A DNA stretch of 64,000 nt from Minisyncoccia bacterium (GTDB taxonomy: Bacteria > Patescibacteriota > Minisyncoccia > Phycocordibacterales > PALSA-1337), in assembly GCA_044234345.1 (NCBI GenBank), contig JBIIIW010000001.1, forward strand, positions 1,766 through 65,765. The letters are read 5' to 3'. The notes under the pieces are model-generated. The model worked only from the letters and a program-made list of their open reading frames with translations, had not been told where the DNA came from and made no database searches. Position numbers and translations under genes: made by a program. This document shows positions 56,040-64,000 of the stretch, piece after piece; the stretch's first letter is position 1, and each line of letters starts with the position of its first letter.

Positions 56040-56196
56040 TTCTACAAGCGGGCAGCCTGTAGAAATACTTCATGTAATTCAGAATAGATAGGCAGCTACT
56101 CTGTAATATACTATACAATAGATACTAAAATAGTCAATTTTGTGGACTCTAGTTTTAGTTTTTTGGACTGAAGCGTAAAGGATAATTTACACGATT

Positions 56197-56481
56197 CTAT
56201 CGAGATTTACTAAAAAATATACTGATAATTGTAAGTATAAGTAGAAAGCCTCCTAATAGCACAGAACGATTCATACTCTCACTTATATGATCACCATAGT
56301 AAATAAATTGTGTGGATATAATTATGCCAACAATAAGATAAGATAATCCGAGTATTCGTGCTACTTTCCTCGTGATCTCTCGACTAGATGATACTACTAA
56401 CCGACTATCCTTAAGTAGCTTGAATGCAACATAAAATATAAATGCTATTGGAAGTAAAATAAAAACAAGCAATATTCCCAT
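56197..56481 (-). CDS. small hypothetical membrane protein
   Basis: 94 aa with 3 hydrophobic helices. Confidence 0.4.
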   Translation of the reverse strand: MGILLVFILLPIAFIFYVAFKLLKDSRLVVSSSREITRKVARILGLSYLIVGIIISTQFIYYGDHISESMNRSVLLGGFLLILTIISIFFSKSR

Positions 56482-56526
56482 TTAATTGTATTTAAAAATA
56501 TAATACTTATTATAACACCAATTCTG

Positions 56527-56599
56527 TGGACTCGAGGAGATTCGAACTCCTGACCTTTCGCTTGCAAAGCGATTGCTCTACCAACTGAGCTACGAGCCC
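56527..56599 (-). tRNA. tRNA-Ala (anticodon UGC)
   Basis: Minus strand reads GGGCTCGTAGCTCAGTTGGTAGAGCAATCGCTTTGCAAGCGAAAGGTCAGGAGTTCGAATCTCCTCGAGTCCA. It folds as a cloverleaf with a G3:U70 pair, a TTCGAAT T-loop, anticodon TGC, and no encoded CCA. Confidence 0.9.
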
Positions 56600-56623
56600 G
56601 TATATTTACTAAATGATTCTAAC

Positions 56624-57541
56624 CTATTTTCTAGTTATTGCAAGTCCTATTATATGCTCCAGGAAATGTGATACTGATGCCCCTACTGATGTTAATGATC
56701 TAGCGATAATAGACTTCTCGGAAAGATCTGGATGTGGTGTAGTCCCAACCACAAATACGCCTCTCTTTGGATGTATGACAAAATTAGAATGAGAGTAGTG
56801 TTCCATACCTAATGCCTTGTGTGCACTCTTTGCAATATTCTCAATCTCCTTCTTCTGCTCTGTTGAGAAGCTAGTATTATGTATTTCTTCCATTCCTGTG
56901 TGTTTGTACGGGTCAATTTCAACTGGTGGAAATGCATAGAGCCCTTCCCCTCTGAAATCATCGAGTATGCTACATCCTGCACCTTTACCAGATATATACT
57001 CCTCAATCATAACTGACTTGCTATACTCAAGTGTCTTCTTTATCGCTTCTTCTAGCTCAGGAAAACCCTTAGCTACTGTCATACCACTACCAGAACTAGG
57101 TCTTACGACAACTGGTAAGGGAAACTTTCTAAATACCTCATGTGCTTCCTTGCTTATGTTAACTAGGTTGTCTAATAGTATTGATTGTGGAGTCTTAATT
57201 GCATTCTTCTTAAGTATATCTCTAGATATACTTAAGTTATTGGATGTTGTTGAAGAAAATGATCCAGAACCTGTAAATGGTATTCCATGAGTTTCAAAGA
57301 TATGCTGGATCTTACCGTCGTTTGTATGTAATGCGTTTATAACTATATCAAGACGAGATAGTATGTCATGTGGTTGTGATGGTATACCATGCATATGCCA
57401 TATACCACTCATATCTATTAGAATATCTCTAACATCATATCTATCTGATGAGAGATTCTTAATTATATTTGCTCCAGTTAGCAGAGATTCGGAATATCCA
57501 TTATGTCCACCACGTATTACTCCAATTCGAATCTTATTCAT
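56624..57541 (-). CDS. ddl: D-alanine--D-alanine ligase (ATP-grasp)
   Basis: IRIGVIRGGHNGYSESL..., PVVVRPSSGSGMTV, and an ATP-grasp C-terminal half. A TGcTATAAT promoter lies just upstream. Confidence 0.75.
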   Translation of the reverse strand: MNKIRIGVIRGGHNGYSESLLTGANIIKNLSSDRYDVRDILIDMSGIWHMHGIPSQPHDILSRLDIVINALHTNDGKIQHIFETHGIPFTGSGSFSSTTSNNLSISRDILKKNAIKTPQSILLDNLVNISKEAHEVFRKFPLPVVVRPSSGSGMTVAKGFPELEEAIKKTLEYSKSVMIEEYISGKGAGCSILDDFRGEGLYAFPPVEIDPYKHTGMEEIHNTSFSTEQKKEIENIAKSAHKALGMEHYSHSNFVIHPKRGVFVVGTTPHPDLSEKSIIARSLTSVGASVSHFLEHIIGLAITRK

Positions 57542-57579
57542 CTAAATATTATAGCATGCATATTTTATATAAAGAAAAA

Positions 57580-57613
57580 GGCCGAGTCGCAACACAGAAA
57601 ATGCGACCGGCCC
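57580..57613 (-). terminator. strong hairpin plus U-run in the GC-rich uvrC-ddl intergenic region (terminator or leader/sRNA 3' end)
   Basis: ggccgagtcgca-acacagaaaa-tgcgaccggcc with a U-run on the minus strand. Preceded about 30 nt upstream (minus sense) by a second hairpin ACGCG..CUCC-UUUUUG-GGAG..CGCGU and a TGGTATAAT -10-like element (57648..57656). Confidence 0.5.
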
Positions 57614-57785
57614 GACGCGGGTATTCTCCCAAAAAGGAGCTTCGCGTATTATACCATGACTCCACCCAGGGGGGACCAAATTTGAAAAAGGTGGTTGATC
57701 GGGTTCTTCTGCAGAACGAACATCGCCTGCGATACCTGTAAGGCCTTCGGAACTTAATCACTGAAAAAACCATACCACAATATAG

Positions 57786-59009
57786 CTATTTCTGCAACTT
57801 TATGAAGTTCTTTGTTCTTAAATTCTTATGATATGCAATTGCAAATCTATGAGCTTCGGAATTGGCTAATAGTATTGATTCGATATGGTCTTTATTTGTC
57901 TCTATATCTCCAAGATAGTGATCTGGCTTATGAGCGTCATTCTTAACCACTGAGACAATTGGTATATTAAGTGCGAATGAATCCATTACTTCCTTCGCTG
58001 CATTGTATTGCCCTATACCCCCATCAATTACTATGAGATTAGGCATTCTCCATTCAGGATGAGTGAATCTTCGTCTAAGTATCTCTCTAAGTCCTCCTGT
58101 ATCGTTATTAGCATCCTTACTAAGCTTAAATTTCTTGTATTCTCTCCTATTGGCCTCCCTATCAGTAACTACTGTCATTACACCCACAGTGTCTTTACCA
58201 GACATATGCGCTACATCATAAGCTTCAATCCTAAATCCAGTATCGCTATCACGCTCATTCTTGATTAATGATACGTCTTGTATGTGATTTAATGCATATA
58301 TTGTATCTCTAGTCTTCTTAGCTTGTTCGAAGTTCTCTATCTTGGCATACTCATCCATTTCTTTCTCTAGAGTTGATATGAGTTTAGATTTCTTACCTTC
58401 GAAGAAGAGTACTAGGTTACGTATTGTTTTCTTGTATTCATCACGTGCCTCTGGAGACTCTGTATTTGGCGACAAACCAAGGGATTTGTAGAAAGACTCT
58501 TGATGCTTAAGCTTAGCCTTCTCATCTCTATATGGAAATATCTTCCTAATTATCTTAAGTGCATCACGAAGAAGAGAACCCTGTGGATATGGTCCGAATT
58601 GATACTTAATCTTAAACCCTATCTCATCCTCATTAAGCTTATCCAACTCTCTACCTCTTACCATTACTAGTCTAGGAAACTCTTCATCAGTTATGACGAT
58701 ATAGTTATAGCTTCGGTTATCCTTCTCTTTGGTATTGTAATATGGTAAATGCTTCTTTATCTCATTACTCTCAAGAATTATTGCTTCTAGTACTGAGTCC
58801 GTCTGTATATATTCTACAGTACTAGCTTTTGTCACCATATCAACCAGTAGAGGTCCTCTAGTAGCTATCAAATCACTAGAGAAATAGCTTGAGACACGAT
58901 CATATAGAGAAGTAGCACGACCTATGTATAGGATGCTGTCTTCATTCTTGAAAAAGTATACTCCTGGAGTTTCTGGAAGATTTAGTTTTTTAAAATCTTC
59001 TAATTTCAT
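57786..59009 (-). CDS. uvrC: excinuclease ABC subunit C, short form lacking the C-terminal (HhH)2
   Basis: N-terminal GIY-YIG (PGVYFFKNEDSILYIGRATSLYDRVSSYF), a UvrBC-interaction region, and a C-terminal RNaseH-like endonuclease (LIVIDGGIGQ). 407 aa. Confidence 0.85.
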   Translation of the reverse strand: MKLEDFKKLNLPETPGVYFFKNEDSILYIGRATSLYDRVSSYFSSDLIATRGPLLVDMVTKASTVEYIQTDSVLEAIILESNEIKKHLPYYNTKEKDNRSYNYIVITDEEFPRLVMVRGRELDKLNEDEIGFKIKYQFGPYPQGSLLRDALKIIRKIFPYRDEKAKLKHQESFYKSLGLSPNTESPEARDEYKKTIRNLVLFFEGKKSKLISTLEKEMDEYAKIENFEQAKKTRDTIYALNHIQDVSLIKNERDSDTGFRIEAYDVAHMSGKDTVGVMTVVTDREANRREYKKFKLSKDANNDTGGLREILRRRFTHPEWRMPNLIVIDGGIGQYNAAKEVMDSFALNIPIVSVVKNDAHKPDHYLGDIETNKDHIESILLANSEAHRFAIAYHKNLRTKNFIKLQK

Positions 59010-61642
59010 TACTTTCTTTTTAATATTTTCTTCAGATACTGTCCTGTATATGACTTATCATTTTTTGCAACATCCTCAGGTGTACCCCTGGCTACTATCT
59101 TACCTCCTCTAGCTCCACCATCAGGACCAATATCAATTATATAGTCTGCTGACTTTATCAAATCTAAGTTGTGCTCAATTACTACCACAGTATTACCCTT
59201 ATCAACCAGTCTCTGTAATATCTCAATTAATTTCTTAACATCTTCATAATGTAGTCCTACTGTAGGTTCATCAAGTAGATATATTGTCTTTTGTAGATGA
59301 GCTCTGTATAGCTCAGAAGATATCTTAACTCTCTGTGCCTCTCCACCAGACAATGTTGTAGCTGATTGTCCTAGTTTTAAGTATCCTAGTCCCACTTCCT
59401 GTAAAGTCTGCAATCTATCTGAAACAGCAGGAATATCCTCAAAGAATTTCAATCCTTCCTCTACTGTCATTTCTAGTATGTCATACACACTCTTACCTCT
59501 GTACTTAACCTCAAGAGTTTCTTTCATAAATCTCTTACCATTACATACCTCACAAGGTACATACACTGTAGGAAGGAAGTGCATCTCTACTGCAATTTCT
59601 CCATTACCCTGACATGCTTCACATCTTCCACCTTTAACGTTGAAAGAGAATCTTCCAGGACCCCAACCATGAGCTTTGGCTTCTGAAGAGTTAGCGAATA
59701 GGTCACGAATGTGAGTCCACGATCCTGTGTATGTCACTGGATTTGATCTTGGAGTACGACCAATTGCACTTTGGTCAATCAATATTGTTCTTCCTAGGTA
59801 TTCAGCTCCAGAAAAACTCTCACAATTGAATATCTTAGCTGTTCTATGTCTAAACTCTAGTTTAGCTTCTAGATTCTTATGCAATATCTCATACATAAAT
59901 GATGATTTACCTGATCCAGATACTCCGGTTATGACATTAAGACAGTTTAGAGATATATCTGCATCCATGTTCTTAATATTGAATACATTACCTCCTCTTA
60001 CAGATATCTTACCCTTAGGTTCTCGTCTGTTTTCTGGTACTACAATACTATTCTCTCCTCTTAGGTATGACAAAGTTAGTGAATTACTATCATTCTTCTT
60101 TGCTGTAAGTAGCTCATCTAGATATCCAGATACAACTACATTACCTCCATGTACTCCAGCTCCTGGTCCAATGTCTATGATGTAATCTGAGGCAAACATT
60201 GTATCCTCATCATGCTCTACAACAATAATTGTATTACCAAGATCACGAAGACTTGTAAGAGTCTTAATTAATCTATCATTATCTCTCTGATGTAGACCTA
60301 TAGTTGGTTCATCAAGTACGTATAGCGCACCTACAAGTCCTGATCCTAATTGAGATGCAAGTCTAATTCTCTGTGCTTCTCCTCCTGAGAGAGTGTGAGC
60401 ACGACGATCTAGTGTTAGGTACTCTATACCAACATTAACCATAAACTGTAGTCTTGCCTCGATCTCTCTAAGTATCACCTTAGCAATTTCCTTCTCAGTA
60501 TCAGATAGCTTTATATCCTCGAAGAACTTCTTACTTTCCTCGATAGACATTGCTGTAACTGAAATGATATTAACACCACTTACTTTAACGTTAAGTGCTT
60601 CCTCTCTAAGTCTTGCTCCCTTACATACCTCACAGTCCTCATTACTGAAGAATTCCTTAGTACCAAGTCCATTACATGTAGCACAAGCACCGTATGGTGA
60701 GTTGAATGAGAAGAGTCTAGGCTCAATCTCAGGATATGAGAACCCATCGTATGGACACATGAACTTAACTGACATAAGTTTCTCTTCATCAGGGAATTCA
60801 ATCTTGATTAATCCCGATGCTTCTTCAATTGCTTTCTCAAGAGATTCAGATAGTCTCTCGCGAGCATTATCTACCTGTTTGTTCCTCTCACTGTTACCCT
60901 TACTTGCAGGCTTAAACTCACTTAGAAACATTTCATCAACAAGTACATCAATATCATGCTTCTTGTTCTTGTCGAGAATTATCTGCTCTCTAAGTCTCAT
61001 TACCTTTCCATCCACCTTTACTCTGTCATATCCTTTACCAAGTAGGTCATATAGCAATTGGTAATATTCTCCCTTTCTACCAACTACAATTGGAGCATAT
61101 ATCTTAACCTTCTGTTCATTAAGCTCAACTCCCATGACCTTCTTACCAGTCTTATTATGATTACTTACTTGCTTAATTATTGTCTCTAGTATCTCTTCCT
61201 TAGATATTCTGTGTATCTCCCTATTACATACCAAACAATGTGGCTTACCTACACGGGCAAAGAGAATACGTAGATAGTCATATATCTCCGTAATTGTAGC
61301 CACAGTTGATCTTGGATTGTTTGATCTAGATTTCTGATCGATAGATATGGCAGGAGAAAGCCCTATAATCTCATCTACATCAGGTTTCTGCATCTGCTTA
61401 AGGAATTGTCTTGCATATGATGAGAGTGACTCAACATATCTTCGCTGTCCTTCAGCAAATATCGTATCGAATGCAAGAGAAGACTTACCTGAGCCTGATA
61501 GTCCTGTTATGGCTACCATCTTGTTTCTAGGCATTTCTACACTTATATTCTTTAGGTTATGTGTCCTAGCACCTTTAACGATGATCTTTTCATCACCGCG
61601 TTCAGTATATTCTAGACCCTTGTTTATTGGCTTTTTAGACAT
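59009..61642 (-). CDS. uvrA: excinuclease ABC subunit A
   Basis: Two ABC ATPase modules (GLSGSGKSSLAFDT, GVSGSGKSS), zinc fingers, LSGGEAQR signatures. 877 aa. Confidence 0.95.
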   Translation of the reverse strand: MSKKPINKGLEYTERGDEKIIVKGARTHNLKNISVEMPRNKMVAITGLSGSGKSSLAFDTIFAEGQRRYVESLSSYARQFLKQMQKPDVDEIIGLSPAISIDQKSRSNNPRSTVATITEIYDYLRILFARVGKPHCLVCNREIHRISKEEILETIIKQVSNHNKTGKKVMGVELNEQKVKIYAPIVVGRKGEYYQLLYDLLGKGYDRVKVDGKVMRLREQIILDKNKKHDIDVLVDEMFLSEFKPASKGNSERNKQVDNARERLSESLEKAIEEASGLIKIEFPDEEKLMSVKFMCPYDGFSYPEIEPRLFSFNSPYGACATCNGLGTKEFFSNEDCEVCKGARLREEALNVKVSGVNIISVTAMSIEESKKFFEDIKLSDTEKEIAKVILREIEARLQFMVNVGIEYLTLDRRAHTLSGGEAQRIRLASQLGSGLVGALYVLDEPTIGLHQRDNDRLIKTLTSLRDLGNTIIVVEHDEDTMFASDYIIDIGPGAGVHGGNVVVSGYLDELLTAKKNDSNSLTLSYLRGENSIVVPENRREPKGKISVRGGNVFNIKNMDADISLNCLNVITGVSGSGKSSFMYEILHKNLEAKLEFRHRTAKIFNCESFSGAEYLGRTILIDQSAIGRTPRSNPVTYTGSWTHIRDLFANSSEAKAHGWGPGRFSFNVKGGRCEACQGNGEIAVEMHFLPTVYVPCEVCNGKRFMKETLEVKYRGKSVYDILEMTVEEGLKFFEDIPAVSDRLQTLQEVGLGYLKLGQSATTLSGGEAQRVKISSELYRAHLQKTIYLLDEPTVGLHYEDVKKLIEILQRLVDKGNTVVVIEHNLDLIKSADYIIDIGPDGGARGGKIVARGTPEDVAKNDKSYTGQYLKKILKRK

Positions 61643-61679
61643 AATATCTAACTATATCAATCTTTGGATAATAGGCAAA

Positions 61680-62477
61680 CTATGCCCTATACCTTTGTAT
61701 TAATGTATTAACCTCGTTAATTATCTCTGCAGGTGATACTGTAGCTTTAGTTATGAACTTATCAGCTCCTAATTCTATGCATTCTTCAATTATTCCATGT
61801 TTGTGGTTGTTTGATAGCATAATTATAGGTATCTTTTTAAACTGGGGTTTTGATCTGACCTTAACTAATATATCCAATCCAGTCATATCTGGGAGATTGA
61901 TATCAAGTATCATGATATCAGGCTTAGATATATCCAAGAATTCTAAAAATTCCTTACCGGTACTACCTTTAAGTAGTGTAAAACCACTTGATTGAAACTT
62001 CTTAGACAATATTGTACTTAGTAACTTATCATCATCTACCCACAATATCGTTTTACCCTTACCTATACTTGAACTTTCAGTAGTTTCGCTCTCAACTAGC
62101 GGTCCTCTACCAAAAACCTTATCAATCTTCTCCGCTACCTCCTCCGGAGCTACATGTAGCTTGATGATATAGTCTTTAACAACTGGTGTAGAAGGTATTT
62201 TCTTAATATGTATCGCTTCTCCTGAGTTAGAGATGATGATTACAGGTATCTTGGTGACATCTCTATCAAAACTCTTCTCATTTAGAACATCATACCCACT
62301 CTTGTTTGGTAATACTGTATCGATTAGTAGGATACTTGGTTTAAAATCCTTTAGACTTGGTATTACTGCATTTCCATCAGATACAGAACTTACTACATAT
62401 CCTGAGTTCGATAGATATGCTACTAGTCTCTTAGACAATTCTGGATCACTTAATGCAAGTAATACCTTTTCTTTCAT
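61680..62477 (-). CDS. response regulator with two tandem receiver (REC) domains and no output domain
   Basis: The second REC is canonical (ILWVDDD...IMILDINLPDMTGLDIL...IIMLS..K). The first REC is degenerate (LLIDTVLPNKSG). Confidence 0.75.
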   Translation of the reverse strand: MKEKVLLALSDPELSKRLVAYLSNSGYVVSSVSDGNAVIPSLKDFKPSILLIDTVLPNKSGYDVLNEKSFDRDVTKIPVIIISNSGEAIHIKKIPSTPVVKDYIIKLHVAPEEVAEKIDKVFGRGPLVESETTESSSIGKGKTILWVDDDKLLSTILSKKFQSSGFTLLKGSTGKEFLEFLDISKPDIMILDINLPDMTGLDILVKVRSKPQFKKIPIIMLSNNHKHGIIEECIELGADKFITKATVSPAEIINEVNTLIQRYRA

Positions 62478-62485
62478 TTGTAATA

Positions 62486-64000
62486 TTATACCATTCGTTT
62501 CTTAAGTGTAGCAATCTCATCTCGTATCAATGCTGCGGTTTCGAAGTCTAGTACTTTAACTGCTTCATTCATCTCTTCTTCCTTCATCTTAAGTAACTTC
62601 TTAGGATTCTCTGCTAACATCTTCTCATCTATTCTAACTAGTTCTTTTACAGCCTTATCATGTTCACTCTCTAGTTGATCAGTGATGTCTTGAATCTTCT
62701 TGATAATTGTTTTAGGAGTAATACCATTCTTAGTATTGTAATCAATCTGAATCTTTCTTCTTCTCTCTGTCTCCTTTATTGCATAGTTTAATGCATCATT
62801 CATGAAATCTGCATAAAGTATCACTCTTCCGTTTATATTTCGTGCTGCACGACCAATTATCTGTATTAGAGATGTTTGTGATCTTAGGAATCCTGCCTTA
62901 TCAGCATCAAGAATACCAATTAATGATACTTCAGGTAGATCAAGTCCTTCTCTAAGTAGGTTAACACCAACGAGGACATCAAACTTTCCTCTTCTAAACT
63001 CTGTAAGTATTGTAATTCTATCTATTGTCTTGATATCACTGTGCAAGTATTCTGATTTAATACCTTTCTCCTTAAGATATTCACTTAGATCCTCGGCCAT
63101 CTTCTTGGTTAGAGTTGTTGCAATTACTCTGTCTCCAGCCTTAATTACCTTCTCAGCTTCATCAATGAAATCAAATATCTGTCCCTTGTAACTACCATTC
63201 TCTGCTACAGGCTTAACAACCACCACTGGATCAATTAGTCCTGTTGGTCTTATAACCTGCTCAACTATCTGCTCACTATGCTCTATCTCAAACTTACCTG
63301 GTGTGGCAGTTGTATATATTACTTGTCCTACTGCTCTCTCGAATTCCTCAAACTTCATTGGTCTGTTATCTCTAGCTGAAGGTAATCTAAATCCATACTC
63401 TATTAGTGTATCTTTTCTGCTCGCATCTCCTGCGTACATACCTCCAATTTGAGGTACTGTAACGTGAGACTCGTCTATAACGGTAAGGAAGTCTGGAGTA
63501 CCATCTTTTTTATGTGGGAAGTATGATAGCAGTGAGTCAGGCGCTTCTCCTGGCTTCTTGCCAGAGAAATGTCTTGAATAGTTTTCGATTCCGTTACAAT
63601 ATCCAACCTCACGTATCAGTGCTAGGTCGTACTTTACTCTCCTCTTCAATCTCTCTGCTTCAAGATTCTTCCCAGCCTTCTCCAATTCCTTTAGTCTAGT
63701 CTCTAGTTCTGCCTTAATTGTCTCAAATGCCTTCTTGCTTTGTTCATCAGTACTTATGAAATGCTTTGCTGGGAAAAGAAATATCGTAGTATGCTCTTTC
63801 TTGATCGCCATTGTTACAGAATCTAGCTCTATAATCTTAGATATTGTACTAGCATCATACTCAATTCTGTATACAGTTCTCTCATTTACCGGCATTATCT
63901 CTATCATATTACCTAATGCTCTAAATTGCCCTGCGTTAATATCAGAATTAGTTCTTTCAAAGTGTATATCTATTAGTCTGCGTATTAAATCTGCTCTTGA
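62486..64000 (-). CDS. uvrB: excinuclease ABC subunit B, C-terminal about 500 aa (gene continues beyond window end)
   Basis: Helicase domain 2 motifs (VLVGVNLLREGLDLPEVSLIGILDADKAGFLRS, QIIGRAARN) and the UvrB C-terminal UVR motif (ETAALIRDEIATLKK). The reading frame stays open to position 64000 (...RADLIRRLIDIHFERTNSDINAGQFRALGN). Confidence 0.9.
   Translation of the reverse strand, partial: SRADLIRRLIDIHFERTNSDINAGQFRALGNMIEIMPVNERTVYRIEYDASTISKIIELDSVTMAIKKEHTTIFLFPAKHFISTDEQSKKAFETIKAELETRLKELEKAGKNLEAERLKRRVKYDLALIREVGYCNGIENYSRHFSGKKPGEAPDSLLSYFPHKKDGTPDFLTVIDESHVTVPQIGGMYAGDASRKDTLIEYGFRLPSARDNRPMKFEEFERAVGQVIYTTATPGKFEIEHSEQIVEQVIRPTGLIDPVVVVKPVAENGSYKGQIFDFIDEAEKVIKAGDRVIATTLTKKMAEDLSEYLKEKGIKSEYLHSDIKTIDRITILTEFRRGKFDVLVGVNLLREGLDLPEVSLIGILDADKAGFLRSQTSLIQIIGRAARNINGRVILYADFMNDALNYAIKETERRRKIQIDYNTKNGITPKTIIKKIQDITDQLESEHDKAVKELVRIDEKMLAENPKKLLKMKEEEMNEAVKVLDFETAALIRDEIATLKKRMV

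Noticed and set aside
56137-56173. Degenerate copies of the tRNA-Ala 3' end as att sites.
   Set aside because: Only 10-12 of 15 nt match and no integrase is present. Mentioned in a finding as weak support but not annotated as a mobile-element boundary.
57695-57713. Palindrome GTTCttctgcaGAAC as a LexA box near uvrC/ddl.
   Set aside because: Its orientation and spacing (GTTC-N7-GAAC) differ from the GAAC-N4-GTTC operator found upstream of lexA, and it lies downstream of uvrC rather than in a promoter region. Kept only as a generic palindrome.
1-64000. CRISPR arrays, rRNA genes, transposases/integrases.
   Set aside because: No regularly spaced short direct repeats were seen. No 16S/23S/5S-like conserved stretches were seen. 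None of the ORFs has DDE transposase or tyrosine/serine recombinase motifs.

Overview
The window is an AT-rich (about 33-36% GC) bacterial chromosome segment with a reduced-genome, Patescibacteria/CPR-like character. It is translated with the standard code. Nearly all conserved genes lie on the minus strand: cysS (partial), gltX, murG-ftsW, scpB-scpA, aspS, trpS, dnaJ/dnaK/grpE, rpsI-rplM-rplQ-rpoA-rpsD-rpsK-rpsM-rpmJ-infA, alaS, pepF, mnmA, mltG, leuS, ychF, zwf, ppa, lexA, an RpoD-like sigma factor, tRNA-Ala(UGC), ddl, and uvrC-uvrA-(dual-REC response regulator)-uvrB (partial). Between these core genes sit many short, higher-GC (about 42-50%) hypothetical genes. Most carry their own promoter and a strong GC-hairpin terminator, and several occur as tandem paralogs, which gives the window a mosaic, accessory-rich look. 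The most striking items are: (1) a 1158-aa LeuRS that lacks the CP1 editing domain and instead carries an inserted NUDIX hydrolase domain and an inserted HAD-phosphatase-like domain; (2) a 1.7-kb GC-rich two-gene cassette flanked by about 52-56-nt imperfect direct repeats; (3) a tandem triplication of an ~88-aa gene family; (4) a solitary MazF/PemK-like toxin and a Fic/RhuM protein wedged between dnaK and dnaJ; (5) an ATP-cone/Mrr-like nuclease translationally coupled to mnmA; (6) a canonical Cheo-type LexA box in front of a small-ORF-lexA operon; (7) an orphan ~108-nt transcription unit (candidate sRNA) with a near-consensus promoter and a GNRA-loop terminator. No CRISPR array, rRNA or transposase/integrase was seen.
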